From Calditrichales bacterium (lineage in GTDB: Bacteria; Calditrichota; Calditrichia; Calditrichales; J004), in NCBI GenBank assembly GCA_965267575.1, contig OZ254086.1:320001-384000 (forward strand): a stretch of 64,000 nt of DNA, in the 5' to 3' direction. Below the pieces are notes generated by a model. That model was not told where the DNA came from and searched no databases. It was given only the letters and a program-made list of their open reading frames with translations. How positions within the stretch are numbered: position 1 is the first letter of the stretch; every line of letters begins with the position of its first letter. Positions 1 to 11,500 of this stretch are shown here, piece by piece. A program made the translations under genes and the position numbers.

Positions 1-514
1 TGCGGCGGGCGATCTTATTCACCATATTACGGATGCGGATGGCACGGTTGAAGGCATCGGGATTAACGATGGACAGAATATCCACGATCATTTTGATGCT
101 GCCCTTAAGCGTCTGTTCCAGCAGCGTCTTTTCCGCGGTGATCAGTTCGTATTGGCGGATGGCGTCATTTAGCACATTTTCCAGCATTTCGGCGGGAGCC
201 GGTTTGGTCAGAAAGCGATAGATATGCCCGTCATTCACCGCCGCTATGGCATCCTGAAAATCGGCCTGGCCGGTTAGCAAAACGCGCACGGTTTCAGGCG
301 CCATCCCACGCGCTTTGGCCAGGAACTGCGCGCCGTTCATCCCAGGCATACGCATATCGGAAACAATAACCGGAAAGGGTCCTTTTTCTTCAATAACCTT
401 TAAACCTTCGTCACCGCTCAAAGCGGTATGTACTCTGAACGATTGGCGCAGACTTCTTTTTATACCCTGTAACAGGTTGGCATCATCGTCTACAAATAAT
501 ACATTCTTGTTCAA
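1..514 (-). CDS. Response regulator (REC plus probable HD-type output domain), runs off the window start
   Basis: Manual translation from TTG at 514: MNKNVLFVDDDANLLQGIKRSL...VIVSDMRMPGMNG...LLTGQAD...RFLTKP. The start overlaps the TGA of the upstream gene (TTGA). Not in the ORF track because it is truncated. Confidence 0.85.
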   Translation of the reverse strand, partial: MNKNVLFVDDDANLLQGIKRSLRQSFRVHTALSGDEGLKVIEEKGPFPVIVSDMRMPGMNGAQFLAKARGMAPETVRVLLTGQADFQDAIAAVNDGHIYRFLTKPAPAEMLENVLNDAIRQYELITAEKTLLEQTLKGSIKMIVDILSIVNPDAFNRAIRIRNMVNKIARR

Positions 515-1728
515 GATTCGATTTCCTCCGGGTTGGCATTCATACATAATTCAATCCACTGCTCCAGGCGGTCGTGTTTCCCGGTACCGCTTAAATAGTC
601 ATGATTAAGCCGTTGCGCACATTCCTGTGCCTCAAGCTCATCTTTGCAGTAGCTGATCGCGCTGGCCACGTAAACGGCCGTCAGCGGCCCAAACGTGCCA
701 TGAAAACATTTTGAAGGCTCATGATGAAAAGCCAGAGCCTCCACAATATGATTGGGGAAACCCCACAAACCGATCAGGTAAGCACCTACATGCGCATGGT
801 CGGCGCCGAACACGTCTTTTTCCGCCAGCCAGATATCGCGACCGTTTTGCTGAACATCTCTCATCACCTCGCTGTATTTTTCCGGCAGATGCTCGGCCAG
901 AACCAGCTTTCCCGCATCATGGATCATGCCGGCAATAAAGGCGCTGCCGGCAAGCAGCTTGTCATTACTTTCCGCTTCTACAATCAGCTTTGCAAAATGG
1001 GCTGTTTTCAGGCTGTGGCTGAAAATGGCGTCAAAAGAGAGGCCGTGGGCTTTTTTCTGGTCAAACTGTGAAAACAACTGTACCGATAAAACGAGGCTTT
1101 TTATAATGTCCAGCCCAAGATAGCTCACCGCCTCCGCGGCTGTGTTTATCTTGCGCGAAATACCGAAATAAGCCGAATTCACAACTTTGAGAATTTTCAG
1201 CGTCATCCCGATGTCTTTGGAAATTATTTTACCGATCGTATGGATCGAAACGTCGGGATCTTTGATGGCATCCATAAGCTCCATAAACAGACGCGGGGCG
1301 CTGGGCAACTGCCTAACCTGCGAGGTCAACCGCCGCAGGTTCTCGTCCGCCAAGTAATCGCGCAGCTTAAAGGCGCGGTCCAGGATAAGCTTCAGCGAAT
1401 CCGTATCGCAGGGTTTGCTCAGATACTGGTGCGAAGGCCCGATGGTTTTAAGGATATCTTCCTGGTCGGCCTGTCCGGAAAGAATAATCCGGACGGTTTC
1501 GGGATAGGTATTGGAAATGCTACGCAAAAGCTCGGCGCCATTCATGTTGGGCATACGCATATCCGATACGACAGCATCGAACGGTTTTTGCTGTAAAACA
1601 GCCAGCGCATCTTTTCCGCTTTCCACAAAATGCATATCCCACTTGTGGCGCATCGGCCGGAAGGTACGCTTAAGGCCTTCCAGCGTGTTGGGCTCGTCGT
1701 CCACAAAAAGAATCGACAAATTGCTCAT
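511..1728 (-). CDS. Response regulator with HDOD domain
   Basis: N-terminal REC (LFVDDE, SDMRMP, LSKP) followed by HDOD motifs (LPSAP, LKVVNSAYFG, IHDAGKLVL, DHAHVGAYLIGLWGFP, FHHEP). Confidence 0.92.
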   Translation of the reverse strand: MSNLSILFVDDEPNTLEGLKRTFRPMRHKWDMHFVESGKDALAVLQQKPFDAVVSDMRMPNMNGAELLRSISNTYPETVRIILSGQADQEDILKTIGPSHQYLSKPCDTDSLKLILDRAFKLRDYLADENLRRLTSQVRQLPSAPRLFMELMDAIKDPDVSIHTIGKIISKDIGMTLKILKVVNSAYFGISRKINTAAEAVSYLGLDIIKSLVLSVQLFSQFDQKKAHGLSFDAIFSHSLKTAHFAKLIVEAESNDKLLAGSAFIAGMIHDAGKLVLAEHLPEKYSEVMRDVQQNGRDIWLAEKDVFGADHAHVGAYLIGLWGFPNHIVEALAFHHEPSKCFHGTFGPLTAVYVASAISYCKDELEAQECAQRLNHDYLSGTGKHDRLEQWIELCMNANPEEIES

Positions 1729-2943
1729 TTACTTTCCTTCCAGTGGTAAACGAATTACAAAAGTAGATCCGGCACCCACCTTTGAATTGACCGTTAACTC
1801 ACCGCTATGTTTTTTTACAATAACATTATAGGAAATCGCCAGACCCTGGCCGGAACCACGGCCCACTTCCTTTGTCGTGAAAAAAGGGTTGAAAATTTTA
1901 TCCAGGTTTTGGACGGGAATGCCGCAGCCGTCATCGCTGATACGGATTTCAGCGTGCTTTCTTCTTACCGCGGTTTCAATGCGGATTTTCCCTTTTTCTT
2001 CCGACTTCTCGCCTTTTTTTGCGGCAATGGCATGGGCGGCGTTAACGATCATGTTTACAAATACCTGGTTCAGTTCGCCAATAAGCGCCGGTACGGGCGG
2101 CATATCATTCTTTAAATCCAGCTCCATATCTGCCACGTACTTCCATTCGTTGCGCGTAACGGTGACGGTATTTTCTATTGCCTTATTTATGTCGCTAAGC
2201 GTTTTTTCATTCGTACCCGGATGGGAAAACTCCTTCATTGCCTTTACGATATGGGCAACGCGATCCACGCCCTCCAGCGTCTGCTCAAGGGCAAGGGGTA
2301 TCTCTTCCATCAGGTAGCTCACATCCAGTTCTTCCCGCAAGGTTTCGATTTTTTCAACGGCGGCGGTGCAGTTTCCCTGCACGTCAAAATCCTCTTTTAG
2401 CCGGGTACAGGCGGAAATCAGTTTTGTCAGATCGCCAAAAGCATCCTTGATAAAACGCGTATTATCACCGACATATTGTATGGGCGTATTGATCTCGTGC
2501 GCTATGCCCGCTGCCAGTTCGCCAATTGATTCTAGCTTGCTGCTGGTATTAAGCTGGCTTTCAAGGTGTTTTTTCTGGGTAATATCCTGGGCCAGCAGAA
2601 AAAAGCCGTTATGGCCCTTGTCATCAATCTGCACCGGGTTGACCGTAACGATCAAGAAGCCGTCGGTGCCGGTAATGGCATTCTTAAAACGAATATCTTC
2701 CCAGCGCGTGGGCATGGCGAAATCGCGGCACTCATCAATGCGCGTTAATATTTCAACCCAGTTCCAGTCGATGCCGCAAGCCAGGAAAGGTTTTCCGATT
2801 GTTTTGCCGGCGGGAATTCCAAAAATATGTTCAGCCGCGGGATTCCAGCGCTGGATAATGTCATTTGCATCAACCCTGATCAGCGCTGAAGACAAGGAGG
2901 CAAGTAAAATGTCTAGTTCGTCAAAAGCCTGTGTAACAATCAT
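1729..2943 (-). CDS. Cytoplasmic PAS sensor histidine kinase
   Basis: PAS-like N-terminus (WNPAAEHIFG), H-box LAAGIAHEINTP, N-box NMIVNAAHA, DDGCGI, FNPFFTTK, GSGQGL. Confidence 0.93.
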   Translation of the reverse strand: MIVTQAFDELDILLASLSSALIRVDANDIIQRWNPAAEHIFGIPAGKTIGKPFLACGIDWNWVEILTRIDECRDFAMPTRWEDIRFKNAITGTDGFLIVTVNPVQIDDKGHNGFFLLAQDITQKKHLESQLNTSSKLESIGELAAGIAHEINTPIQYVGDNTRFIKDAFGDLTKLISACTRLKEDFDVQGNCTAAVEKIETLREELDVSYLMEEIPLALEQTLEGVDRVAHIVKAMKEFSHPGTNEKTLSDINKAIENTVTVTRNEWKYVADMELDLKNDMPPVPALIGELNQVFVNMIVNAAHAIAAKKGEKSEEKGKIRIETAVRRKHAEIRISDDGCGIPVQNLDKIFNPFFTTKEVGRGSGQGLAISYNVIVKKHSGELTVNSKVGAGSTFVIRLPLEGK

Positions 2944-3054
2944 AAAAGGCTGTCCTGTTTATAATTACTCCTTATAGGGTTATCGGACAGCCCGGATACA
3001 GATTAAAAGACACAAAAAAGTGTGTTAAGAATAGGCCAGATGTAGGTAAAATTC

Positions 3055-5592
3055 CTACTTGATATATATGAGTTTTTTGATTTGGGTAACCGGTGCCCGT
3101 GAACGGTCGTCGAATTGCATGTACAACCGGTAAAAGTAAACCCCTGCTGTTACATCCGAGCCGTGGGCGTCCACCGCATCCCAGCCAATGGTATAGCGCC
3201 CGGGATTTTGCTGGCGGTCAACAAGCTGGTTCAGACGATGTCCGAGGATATCGTAGATTTCCAGTTTTACACGTGCCAGCGCGGGTACCGTGTAGCTGAT
3301 TTGCGTGGTGGGGTTGAAAGGATTGGGCGATGCCGTCAATTCGACCATGTCGGGCAAAGACGCCGATGGTCTGGCTATAACCCGTGTCGGCAAAAGGCTG
3401 GTGATCCACTCGCTTATGACCGATGCCCCGGCGGTATCGACGCGGTTACTTGCCAGCGGCGGCATGCGGTATTCAGCCAGGTTGATCATGCGCAGATATA
3501 CGACGGAGCTGTCTGGGTGGCCGGGCTTGATCCGGTCCGCACCTTCCACGCCAAGGTCGCCTAACTCAGGCGTTTCGTTTATTGTATTGGTAGCTTCCAG
3601 CATGGTGGCGTAGCGCAGGTCCATGTTGCTGCGGCCGGTGCCCTCCGGCTGGTGGCAGTAAGCACAGTTGCTGGCCAGGTAGGAGCGCGCTCTTTTTTCC
3701 AGGGGCTCTTCCGGGTCAAACGGATTGGGCCATTTCGGGAAATCACTGTAATCTTCACCAATATCCATTGTAAACAAATCGATGTGATTGTAGCTGCGCA
3801 GTTGGTTATCGCTTACACCATTCTCGTACACATGTTGTTTGTTGATTTGGGCCGTGCGCACACCGAGCACATAACCGGCCGCAGGTGTATGGCACTTCGA
3901 ACACTCGTTGCGGCTGGGGTAGTAGTGGCTGTGCGTATAGGAACCGCCTTCCGCGCTGGAATCAATGATGGTGTAATCCTTGGTGAGGCTGGTTTCCAGC
4001 AAGGAGGCGTCGGTGCCCTCCTCGTTCCAGAGATAGCTGTAGCCGTCCCACAGCTCGCCTTCCGATTGCTTCACAAGAAAGCGCGTTTCAATCAGCTTTT
4101 TGCTTTCGGGATTACCGCGCTCCAACTCCAGGTAAAAATTCTTCACAATAATAGCTTCCTGGGGAAACTCCCAGTGACCGTCTTCCGAAAAAGCGATCTG
4201 CGTAGTGCCGGGCAGGGCCAGAACACGTTCCTTATCAGCGCCATCGGACCAGAAAGGTGAGTTTATGGAATAGGGTATCAGACCGGGCGAAAGCTCGCGG
4301 GTTTGCATATCTGTATATAAACCCGATTCGGAAATGGTCTGCGGAACTGATGATGTCGTATCACCAATGGCTTCCTGGATGAACTTATAAATCTCGCCGC
4401 TAAGACTGACAATGTAGAGTTCGCCCTCTTCGTCTTCGGCAAAACTGGCAATGGAGTTAGGCGCAGTCAGCACCTTTTCATTGCTCTTCACTTCTCCATC
4501 GCGATAGTCCAGCGCCCAGACACTGCGCGAAACATAATCGCCGTAAAAATAAATGCCGTAGAAATCCGTCAGGTCATCCCCGCGGTAGACGTAGCCCCCC
4601 GTGATGGACTGCCCCTCATCATGGTCGTATTCGACAATCGGATCGATCAGCGGCTCGCCGGTGTCCTGGCAGTCATCGGAATAATAATGGAATCCTTCGC
4701 GGTGGTTCCAGCCGTAGTTTTTGCCGCTTTCGATGATATTTACCTCTTCCCACTTGCTTTGGCCCACGTCCGCGGCCCACAGCGTACCACTCACTCGATC
4801 AAAACTGAAGCGCCAGGGGTTGCGCAATCCGTAAGCGTAAATCTCCTCACGCCATTCGTTCTGGTTATCCGCATAAGGATTGTCCTGCGGGATGGCGTAT
4901 TCCAGGTTGGCGTCTTTATTATTTACATCAATGCGCAAAATTGAGCCCAGCAGCGTTGTCCGGTCCTGCCCGTTGCAATCGGGGTCGCCGCCACTGCCAC
5001 CATCGCCCAGGGCGATATACAAATAGTCATCCTGCCCGAATGCGATCATGCCGCCATTGTGATTGCTGTAAGGCTGAGGTGTGGTAAGCAGCACGCGCTC
5101 GCTTTCGGGATCGGCGGAGTCGGGATTATTGGAAACGAGAAACTCTGAAATAATACTGATCAACGGGTCAGCGTCGATATTATAGTGTACATAAAATTTG
5201 CCATTTTCTTTAAAATCCGGATGAAATGCAAGACCGAGCAGGCCTGCTTCACTGGGACCGTCATCCACTTTTCCGCTTATATCAAGAAATTCGCTGGCTT
5301 CGCCTTCGGACACATCGGCTTTGTTGGGAAAAACAAGGATACGCCCTTCTTTAAGAACAACAAATAAACGATCGCTCCCATCCGAGGCATGGGTCATAAA
5401 AATGGGCCGGCGCAAGTCCAGGTCGGCGAAAACGCGCTCCACCTTTAGCTGCGTTTGCACATCGCCGCTGCTGCTGATGAGCAGCGAAGTATTGGCCACG
5501 CGCTCTTCCAGCCCGTATGGCTGTGCAGAAACACTGTTATATGAGAAAGATATAAAAAGAAATAGAATAAGGGCCGGTATCGTTTTTGTCAT
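3055..5592 (-). CDS. Secreted PQQ-dependent sugar dehydrogenase (GSDH beta-propeller) fused to a two-CxxCH domain and a C-terminal sorting tail
   Basis: Signal peptide; GLLGLAFHP, NHNGG, GDGG, GLRNPWRFSFD, DVGQ, SITGGYVY; CSKCH and CAYCH; tail PNPFNPTT...AGVYFYRL...KKLIYIK. Confidence 0.88.
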   Translation of the reverse strand: MTKTIPALILFLFISFSYNSVSAQPYGLEERVANTSLLISSSGDVQTQLKVERVFADLDLRRPIFMTHASDGSDRLFVVLKEGRILVFPNKADVSEGEASEFLDISGKVDDGPSEAGLLGLAFHPDFKENGKFYVHYNIDADPLISIISEFLVSNNPDSADPESERVLLTTPQPYSNHNGGMIAFGQDDYLYIALGDGGSGGDPDCNGQDRTTLLGSILRIDVNNKDANLEYAIPQDNPYADNQNEWREEIYAYGLRNPWRFSFDRVSGTLWAADVGQSKWEEVNIIESGKNYGWNHREGFHYYSDDCQDTGEPLIDPIVEYDHDEGQSITGGYVYRGDDLTDFYGIYFYGDYVSRSVWALDYRDGEVKSNEKVLTAPNSIASFAEDEEGELYIVSLSGEIYKFIQEAIGDTTSSVPQTISESGLYTDMQTRELSPGLIPYSINSPFWSDGADKERVLALPGTTQIAFSEDGHWEFPQEAIIVKNFYLELERGNPESKKLIETRFLVKQSEGELWDGYSYLWNEEGTDASLLETSLTKDYTIIDSSAEGGSYTHSHYYPSRNECSKCHTPAAGYVLGVRTAQINKQHVYENGVSDNQLRSYNHIDLFTMDIGEDYSDFPKWPNPFDPEEPLEKRARSYLASNCAYCHQPEGTGRSNMDLRYATMLEATNTINETPELGDLGVEGADRIKPGHPDSSVVYLRMINLAEYRMPPLASNRVDTAGASVISEWITSLLPTRVIARPSASLPDMVELTASPNPFNPTTQISYTVPALARVKLEIYDILGHRLNQLVDRQQNPGRYTIGWDAVDAHGSDVTAGVYFYRLYMQFDDRSRAPVTQIKKLIYIK

Positions 5593-5799
5593 ATATCCCC
5601 CTGATTGTTGTCCTTATCTTCGTAACAAAAAACATTCCATAAAAATTCGGGAAAGGAATTTGAGGAACAAAAGAATAGTGAAAGTGTACGTTGCAAATCA
5701 TCATAGCTCAACAACAATCCGCACAAAATAAAGCAAAGATTGTATTGCTAAACGAAAATGTCTATTATTGCACGTTTTATTTATAACGGAGGAACAAGG

Positions 5800-8511
5800 A
5801 TGTATATCCTTAGATTTTTTTTGCTGGGCCTTTTTCTGGCCGTTTCCGCTTACGCCACCTCCTCCCCCAAGGATGGCAAAGTCCCCGATCATGTAAAGAA
5901 ATTTCTCAAAGAAGCGCAGGAGGATTATGCCAAAGGCAACCTGCCGGAGCTGATGCGCGCCTATCGCGAGCAGCGCGTTCACAACACCTCGTTGCAGAAA
6001 GCATCTGCCGTCTCAATGCAATTTCCTGTTCTCGTGGGCAAGTTTTCCGATTCGGGTGCGGGTGAACCTTACCCGGTAAGCAATCTGCAAAAACAGCTTT
6101 TTGACGGCCCCTGGCCCACGGGCACTATGACCGACCATTACGCGGAAATGTCCTACGGCCAGTTTGACCTGTCCGGTGATGTACTGGGCTGGTACACGGC
6201 GCCCAAAACAAAGAGCTATTATGCCGGTGAATCCAACGGACTGGAGCGCTTTGACGCCAACACCGGTGAATTTATCCGTGAGCTTATCCTGGCCGCGGAT
6301 GACAGCGTCGACTTCAGCCAATATGACAATGATGGCGATGGCCGCCTGGAGACAATCTTTATTGTGCATGACGGTGAAGGCGGCGAATGCGGCAATAACC
6401 CCAATATCTGGTCGCACCGCTGGCGTCTTTCGGCCTGGCCCACCGGCTCCATCACCGTGGATGGCGTTACCATTGACGACTACATCATTCAGCCGGCCTG
6501 GAACTGCGACGAACGCGGTATGATCGAAATCGGCGTTTTCAGCCATGAATTTGGCCACGCGCTGGGCCTGCCCGACTTGTATGACCGCGACGGCAGCAGC
6601 GACGGCGTGGGGACCTGGTGCCTGATGGCTTCCGGCAGTTGGGGCGGCGACAACAGCCACCCGGCGCGGCCCAGCCACATGAACGCCTGGTGCAAAGAAC
6701 AGCTGGGTTGGGTGGTTCCGGAAGTGCTAACAGAACACCAATTCAATCGCGCTGTTCAGGCAGGCGCCCTGGCGGAGGATGTAATTAAGGTTTGGAAGAA
6801 TGCCGAGATCGCGCCCTGGACAAGCCGCTATGGCGAGGACCTGAGCGTGGGCCGAGAATATTTCCTGATAGAAAACCGTACGGCGCTGGGTTTTGACAAC
6901 TACCTGCATGGCGGCGGCGGCATGCTCATCTGGCATGTGGACAACAGCGTCTCCTCGCAAAACGACAACGAGGAGCACCCGCTGGTGGACCTGGAAGAAG
7001 CCGATGGCAGCATGAGTTCGCGTGGTGACGGCAGCGATCCTTTCCCGGGTTTCCTGGGCAAGCGCCTTTTTGACCACACAACATTCCCCTCCAGCCACGA
7101 TTATGACGGCATAAATACTTATGTCAGCGTCTCCAACATCAGTGACGCGGACAGCATTATGTATGCCGATTTTCAATTCAACGAACGCATTATCCTGAAG
7201 CTGCGCGGCAGCTGGTGGGAAGAAACTGCCGGTAACGGCAACAATGTCCCCGAAAGCGGCGAGACACATAATATTTATTTCTCATTCATCAATAGCGGCA
7301 AAGGCGAAACAGCGGGCACCGCCACATTAAGCTCGGGCAGTGAAGACGTGACCGTTGAAACGGCCGAAGTCCAGCTAAATGATCTGCAGAACGGCGTGGA
7401 TCTGACTGCCGCGGAGCCGTTTACAGTCTCCTTTGCGCCCGCTGCTATGTCTCAAATCGTGGATTTCGAGATTGTGATCCAGGCCGGTGAGACAGTTGAT
7501 TCACTGCTGTTCAGCGCCGGGCTAAACCCGGATTTGCTGCTTGTGGATGATGACTACGGCGCGGATGAAGAAGAAGTGACGATCGACGTGGAAGAGTACT
7601 ATTTTGATGTGGCAACGGCCAACGGTCATGTGTATCATCACCTGAACCTGGCTTCTCCCGCCAAATTTGACAGCAGCTTCGCCGATTACTTTCAAACCGT
7701 TGTCTGGTTCAGCGGCTCCCGTGAAAACACGCTGATTGACAGCAGCATGCTGGACGCGCTGACCTACTTTCTGGATAACGGCGGCCACCTGCTGCTGAGC
7801 GGACAAAATCTGCTGGGCAACCACGCCGATCATCCGCTGATGAGCGAATACGCCCGTGTTGCGCTTAAAAAAGAAGACAATAACAACTACCGCATCAACG
7901 GGATGGAAGAAGATATTATTGGCCAAAACTATCCTGAGTTCTATATCTCGGGCAAAGAGGGCGCGGATAACCAAAGCGTGCAAAATTCAATTACCCTGCT
8001 TTTTGGCGCTTCTCCAATCTTCCGTTACTGGAATCCCCGTTTTGACGACCTGTACGCGGCCTCGCGCATGGAAAGCAGCCAGAAGCAGTATAAGATGGTA
8101 TTGTTCGCCTTTGGGCTGGAGGCCATCACCGACCGCGACGAGCCGGAGAACAGCGCCAACCTGCGCCGTGAACTGCTGCATGACGTCATGAACTGGTTCG
8201 ATCTGCCCGTGGGTATTGAGGAATCGGAACCGGCTTTACAGCAACCGCGCAGCTACAGTCTGCAACATAACTATCCCAATCCGTTCAACCCGTCCACAAC
8301 CATAGAATACAATCTGGCGCAGGCCGGATTTACGGAGTTGACCGTATTTGACGCCAGCGGACGCAAGGTTGCCACACTTGTAAGTGGTCAGCAGCAGGCA
8401 GGTCCTCACAAGGCCACGTTCAATGCCGCGCAGCTTGCCTCAGGCGTCTACTACTACCGCCTGACCAGCGGCCGTTTCGAACAAACCCAAAAAATGTTGT
8501 TAATCAAGTAA
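5800..8511 (+). CDS. Secreted M6 (immune inhibitor A) family metalloprotease with C-terminal sorting tail
   Basis: [65 protein letters not shown] tail. Start moved to ATG 5800 after GGAGG. Confidence 0.92.
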   Translation: MYILRFFLLGLFLAVSAYATSSPKDGKVPDHVKKFLKEAQEDYAKGNLPELMRAYREQRVHNTSLQKASAVSMQFPVLVGKFSDSGAGEPYPVSNLQKQLFDGPWPTGTMTDHYAEMSYGQFDLSGDVLGWYTAPKTKSYYAGESNGLERFDANTGEFIRELILAADDSVDFSQYDNDGDGRLETIFIVHDGEGGECGNNPNIWSHRWRLSAWPTGSITVDGVTIDDYIIQPAWNCDERGMIEIGVFSHEFGHALGLPDLYDRDGSSDGVGTWCLMASGSWGGDNSHPARPSHMNAWCKEQLGWVVPEVLTEHQFNRAVQAGALAEDVIKVWKNAEIAPWTSRYGEDLSVGREYFLIENRTALGFDNYLHGGGGMLIWHVDNSVSSQNDNEEHPLVDLEEADGSMSSRGDGSDPFPGFLGKRLFDHTTFPSSHDYDGINTYVSVSNISDADSIMYADFQFNERIILKLRGSWWEETAGNGNNVPESGETHNIYFSFINSGKGETAGTATLSSGSEDVTVETAEVQLNDLQNGVDLTAAEPFTVSFAPAAMSQIVDFEIVIQAGETVDSLLFSAGLNPDLLLVDDDYGADEEEVTIDVEEYYFDVATANGHVYHHLNLASPAKFDSSFADYFQTVVWFSGSRENTLIDSSMLDALTYFLDNGGHLLLSGQNLLGNHADHPLMSEYARVALKKEDNNNYRINGMEEDIIGQNYPEFYISGKEGADNQSVQNSITLLFGASPIFRYWNPRFDDLYAASRMESSQKQYKMVLFAFGLEAITDRDEPENSANLRRELLHDVMNWFDLPVGIEESEPALQQPRSYSLQHNYPNPFNPSTTIEYNLAQAGFTELTVFDASGRKVATLVSGQQQAGPHKATFNAAQLASGVYYYRLTSGRFEQTQKMLLIK

Positions 8512-8526
8512 CCAAGAGGACAACGT

Positions 8527-11500
8527 ATGAGATATTCACGCTTTATTCTTATTTGCCTTTCTTTTCTGTTTCTGGTTTCGGCCACTGTGCAGGCTTCGGA
8601 CGCTTTTAAAGAAGCGCGTCTGCAATACATCAAAGACCGTGAACTGCCGGCGCAGATTGAGTTTAAGCAGCAGGCGCCCACGGCGGATACTTTTTTTGAT
8701 GGTTTCCGCAGCCGGTTTAAGGTTAGTGAGGAAAACAGTTTCAGGGTGACTGCTGAACAGCGGGACAACCTGGGCCAGACACACCTGCGTTACAAGCAGT
8801 ATTACAAAAATGTCGAAGTGGACGCGGTCCAATACATTCTTCACACGCAGAATGAGCGGGTCATGAAAGCCAACGGCCATCTTGTGCGCGGCCTTGATCT
8901 GGATGTGACGCCAAAGCTCAATGAGCAGCGGGCCCTGGAGCGGGCGCTGAATCATGTAAGCGCCGAGACCTACATGTGGGAAAGCAAAAAGAATGAAGCG
9001 GCGCTTAAGCGCGAACAAAACGATCCCCAGGCTACCTTTTACCCCAAAGCGCAGCTGCTGGTTAGTGCCGGACGCAATACCCTGAAAGCTGAAAACTTCC
9101 GCCTGGTTTACCGTTTTGACATCTATGCTCAAGAACCCTTTGGGCGCTATTACGTGGATGTGGACGCACACACAGGTGAAGTGGTCGATCAGCTTACGCG
9201 CATTCACACCGGCGATGTGGACCTGTTGGGTGAATCCCTTTACAACGGCCGCGTGGACATGACCGGTTCCGATGAGTCCTTTCCTTCGATTTTGCCGGCG
9301 GTGTGGCACCTGGATGACTTTAACGCCTACGGCGGCGAAGGCTTTAGCTGGTGGATGGGCGATGAAGGCATCGGCGGTTATGACAATGACTGGTATAAGG
9401 TGCTGGATACCGATCCCGTTTACCTGGAAAACGGCGGCACGCTGACCTTTGTGCACCGCTACGGTTTGGAAGAGCCGGGTGGCGAGCCCGCGGGCTATAA
9501 TGGCTGGGACGGCATCAACGTGCGCATCTCCACGGACGGCGGCTATACCTGGGAAGTTTTGACCAATCCTTCCGTGGCCTACAGCCGCAGCAGTTTGTAC
9601 AGCTTTGGATTCCAGCACGGTGAAGGCGAAGGCGTACCCGGCTGGACCGGCGTGCAAAACAGCTGGACCGAAGTATCGTTCGACCTCTCCGCTTATGCCA
9701 ACCAGAACGCGCGCATCCGCTTTGCGTTTGCTTCCGACCCGGGCTATGCCACGGCGGATAACAGCGCCCTGTTCGGCTGGCAGGTAGATAATATTGAGAT
9801 AAAGGATGGCAATGACGCTTCCGTTTTGAGCAACAGCGGCGTGGCCGATTTTGTCACCGCGCGCAATAAAGAAGAGATTGTACCCGGAAAATACCGCCTG
9901 CGTTCGGTGGCACGAAGCGGCGTTTACACCTTCGATGCCCTGAACGGCACTAGCTATTCCCTTGCCGTGGATGTGGTTGACAACGATTCGCTCTTTGCCG
10001 ACAGCCGTCACGGAGCAGGCGTAAGCGCGCACTGGGGCAGTGAGAAATCGTACGACTATTTTTATATTTACCACGGGCGTGACAGCTACGACGACAACGG
10101 CTCGCCGATCCTGAGCTATGTCCATTTCGACGACGGCTATTTCAACGCTTTTTGGGATGGACAGCGCATGACGTTTGGCGACGGCACCAGCAACGCTTCC
10201 CCGCTTACCAGCGTGGATGTGGTGGCCCATGAATTGACACACGGCGTTACCGGCAATTCGGCTGGCCTCATTTACCGTGATGAGTCCGGCGCCCTGAACG
10301 AATCATTCAGCGATATTTTTGGAACGGCGGTGGAGTGGTACGCGGAAGGCGAAAGCTTTGATTACCTCATAGGCGAGGATTTTCAGACATTGCGCAGCAT
10401 GAGCAGCCCCAACCAGTTTGGCGATCCCGATACATACCAGGGCCAGAACTGGAACTTTGATCCCAACTTTGACAACGGTGGCGTACACATCAACAGCGGC
10501 GTGCAGAACAAGTGGTTCCACCTGCTGGTTGAAGGGGGCAGCGGAACAGACGATAACGGACGGAGCTACACTGTTTCCGGCATCGGTATGGAAAAAGCGC
10601 TGCAAATCTCATATCGCAACCTTACCGTTTACCTGACGCCCTCATCCGAGTATTTTGACGCGCGGCTGGGCGCGATCAATTCAGCGGCCGATATTTACGG
10701 CGGCGATTCCCCTGAGTACCAGGCCGTGATCGATGCCTGGGATGCCGTGGGTGTTTACTATCCGACATTTGAGCCCAATATCGTGGCCGATGCCGATACG
10801 CTGAATTTCCTGGCAGAAGCCGGCGTAGGCGTGGACAACGGTAAAGTCTCCTTCACCAATTATGGTTTGGATACGCTTGAAATTACTTCGGTGGAGCTGG
10901 TGAATAACAACGGCTTTACAATTGAAGCCGAGCTGAACCTGCCGCTGGAACTGACCTACGAGCAGAGCCTGACGTTAAACCTGCTTTTCGCCCCGGTTGA
11001 AGCAGGCAGCCAGGTTACCGAGCTTACCATGCAAACAAACGATCCCGCCAATCCAACCATGGTGATTGCCCTGAACGGTAAAGGCTACGCCATCAGCGCC
11101 GCCCAGGAAGGAACAATCTACGCGGTCTCTTCTGCTTCGGCGGTTTACAACGTGGACGCAAGCGGCGCGGCGAGCAAGCTGGGCGACAGCGGCTTTGAAG
11201 AGATCACCGGGATGGCCGTGCGCACCTCCAACAAGGAGCTGATCGGCTTTATGCTGGATAACAGCAGCACGCGTCTTGTACGCATCAACAGTGCCGGTGG
11301 CGATGCCTACCTGTTCCGTGATGTGGATGAGACACAGCTGCGCGCCATGGCCTTTGATTCGGACAGCGATTCGTTGTTTGCCATGCGCTACACCAGCGGG
11401 CAGCTTTACCATGTGGACATCAACAGCGGCGCGGCAACGGCTATCGCTTCAACCGGCATACGCCGCGTGGAGAGCATGACGCTTGATCCGATATCCGGTA

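Noticed and set aside
8536-10242. 568-aa minus-strand ORF
   Set aside because: Antisense shadow of the M4 protease; no recognisable motifs.
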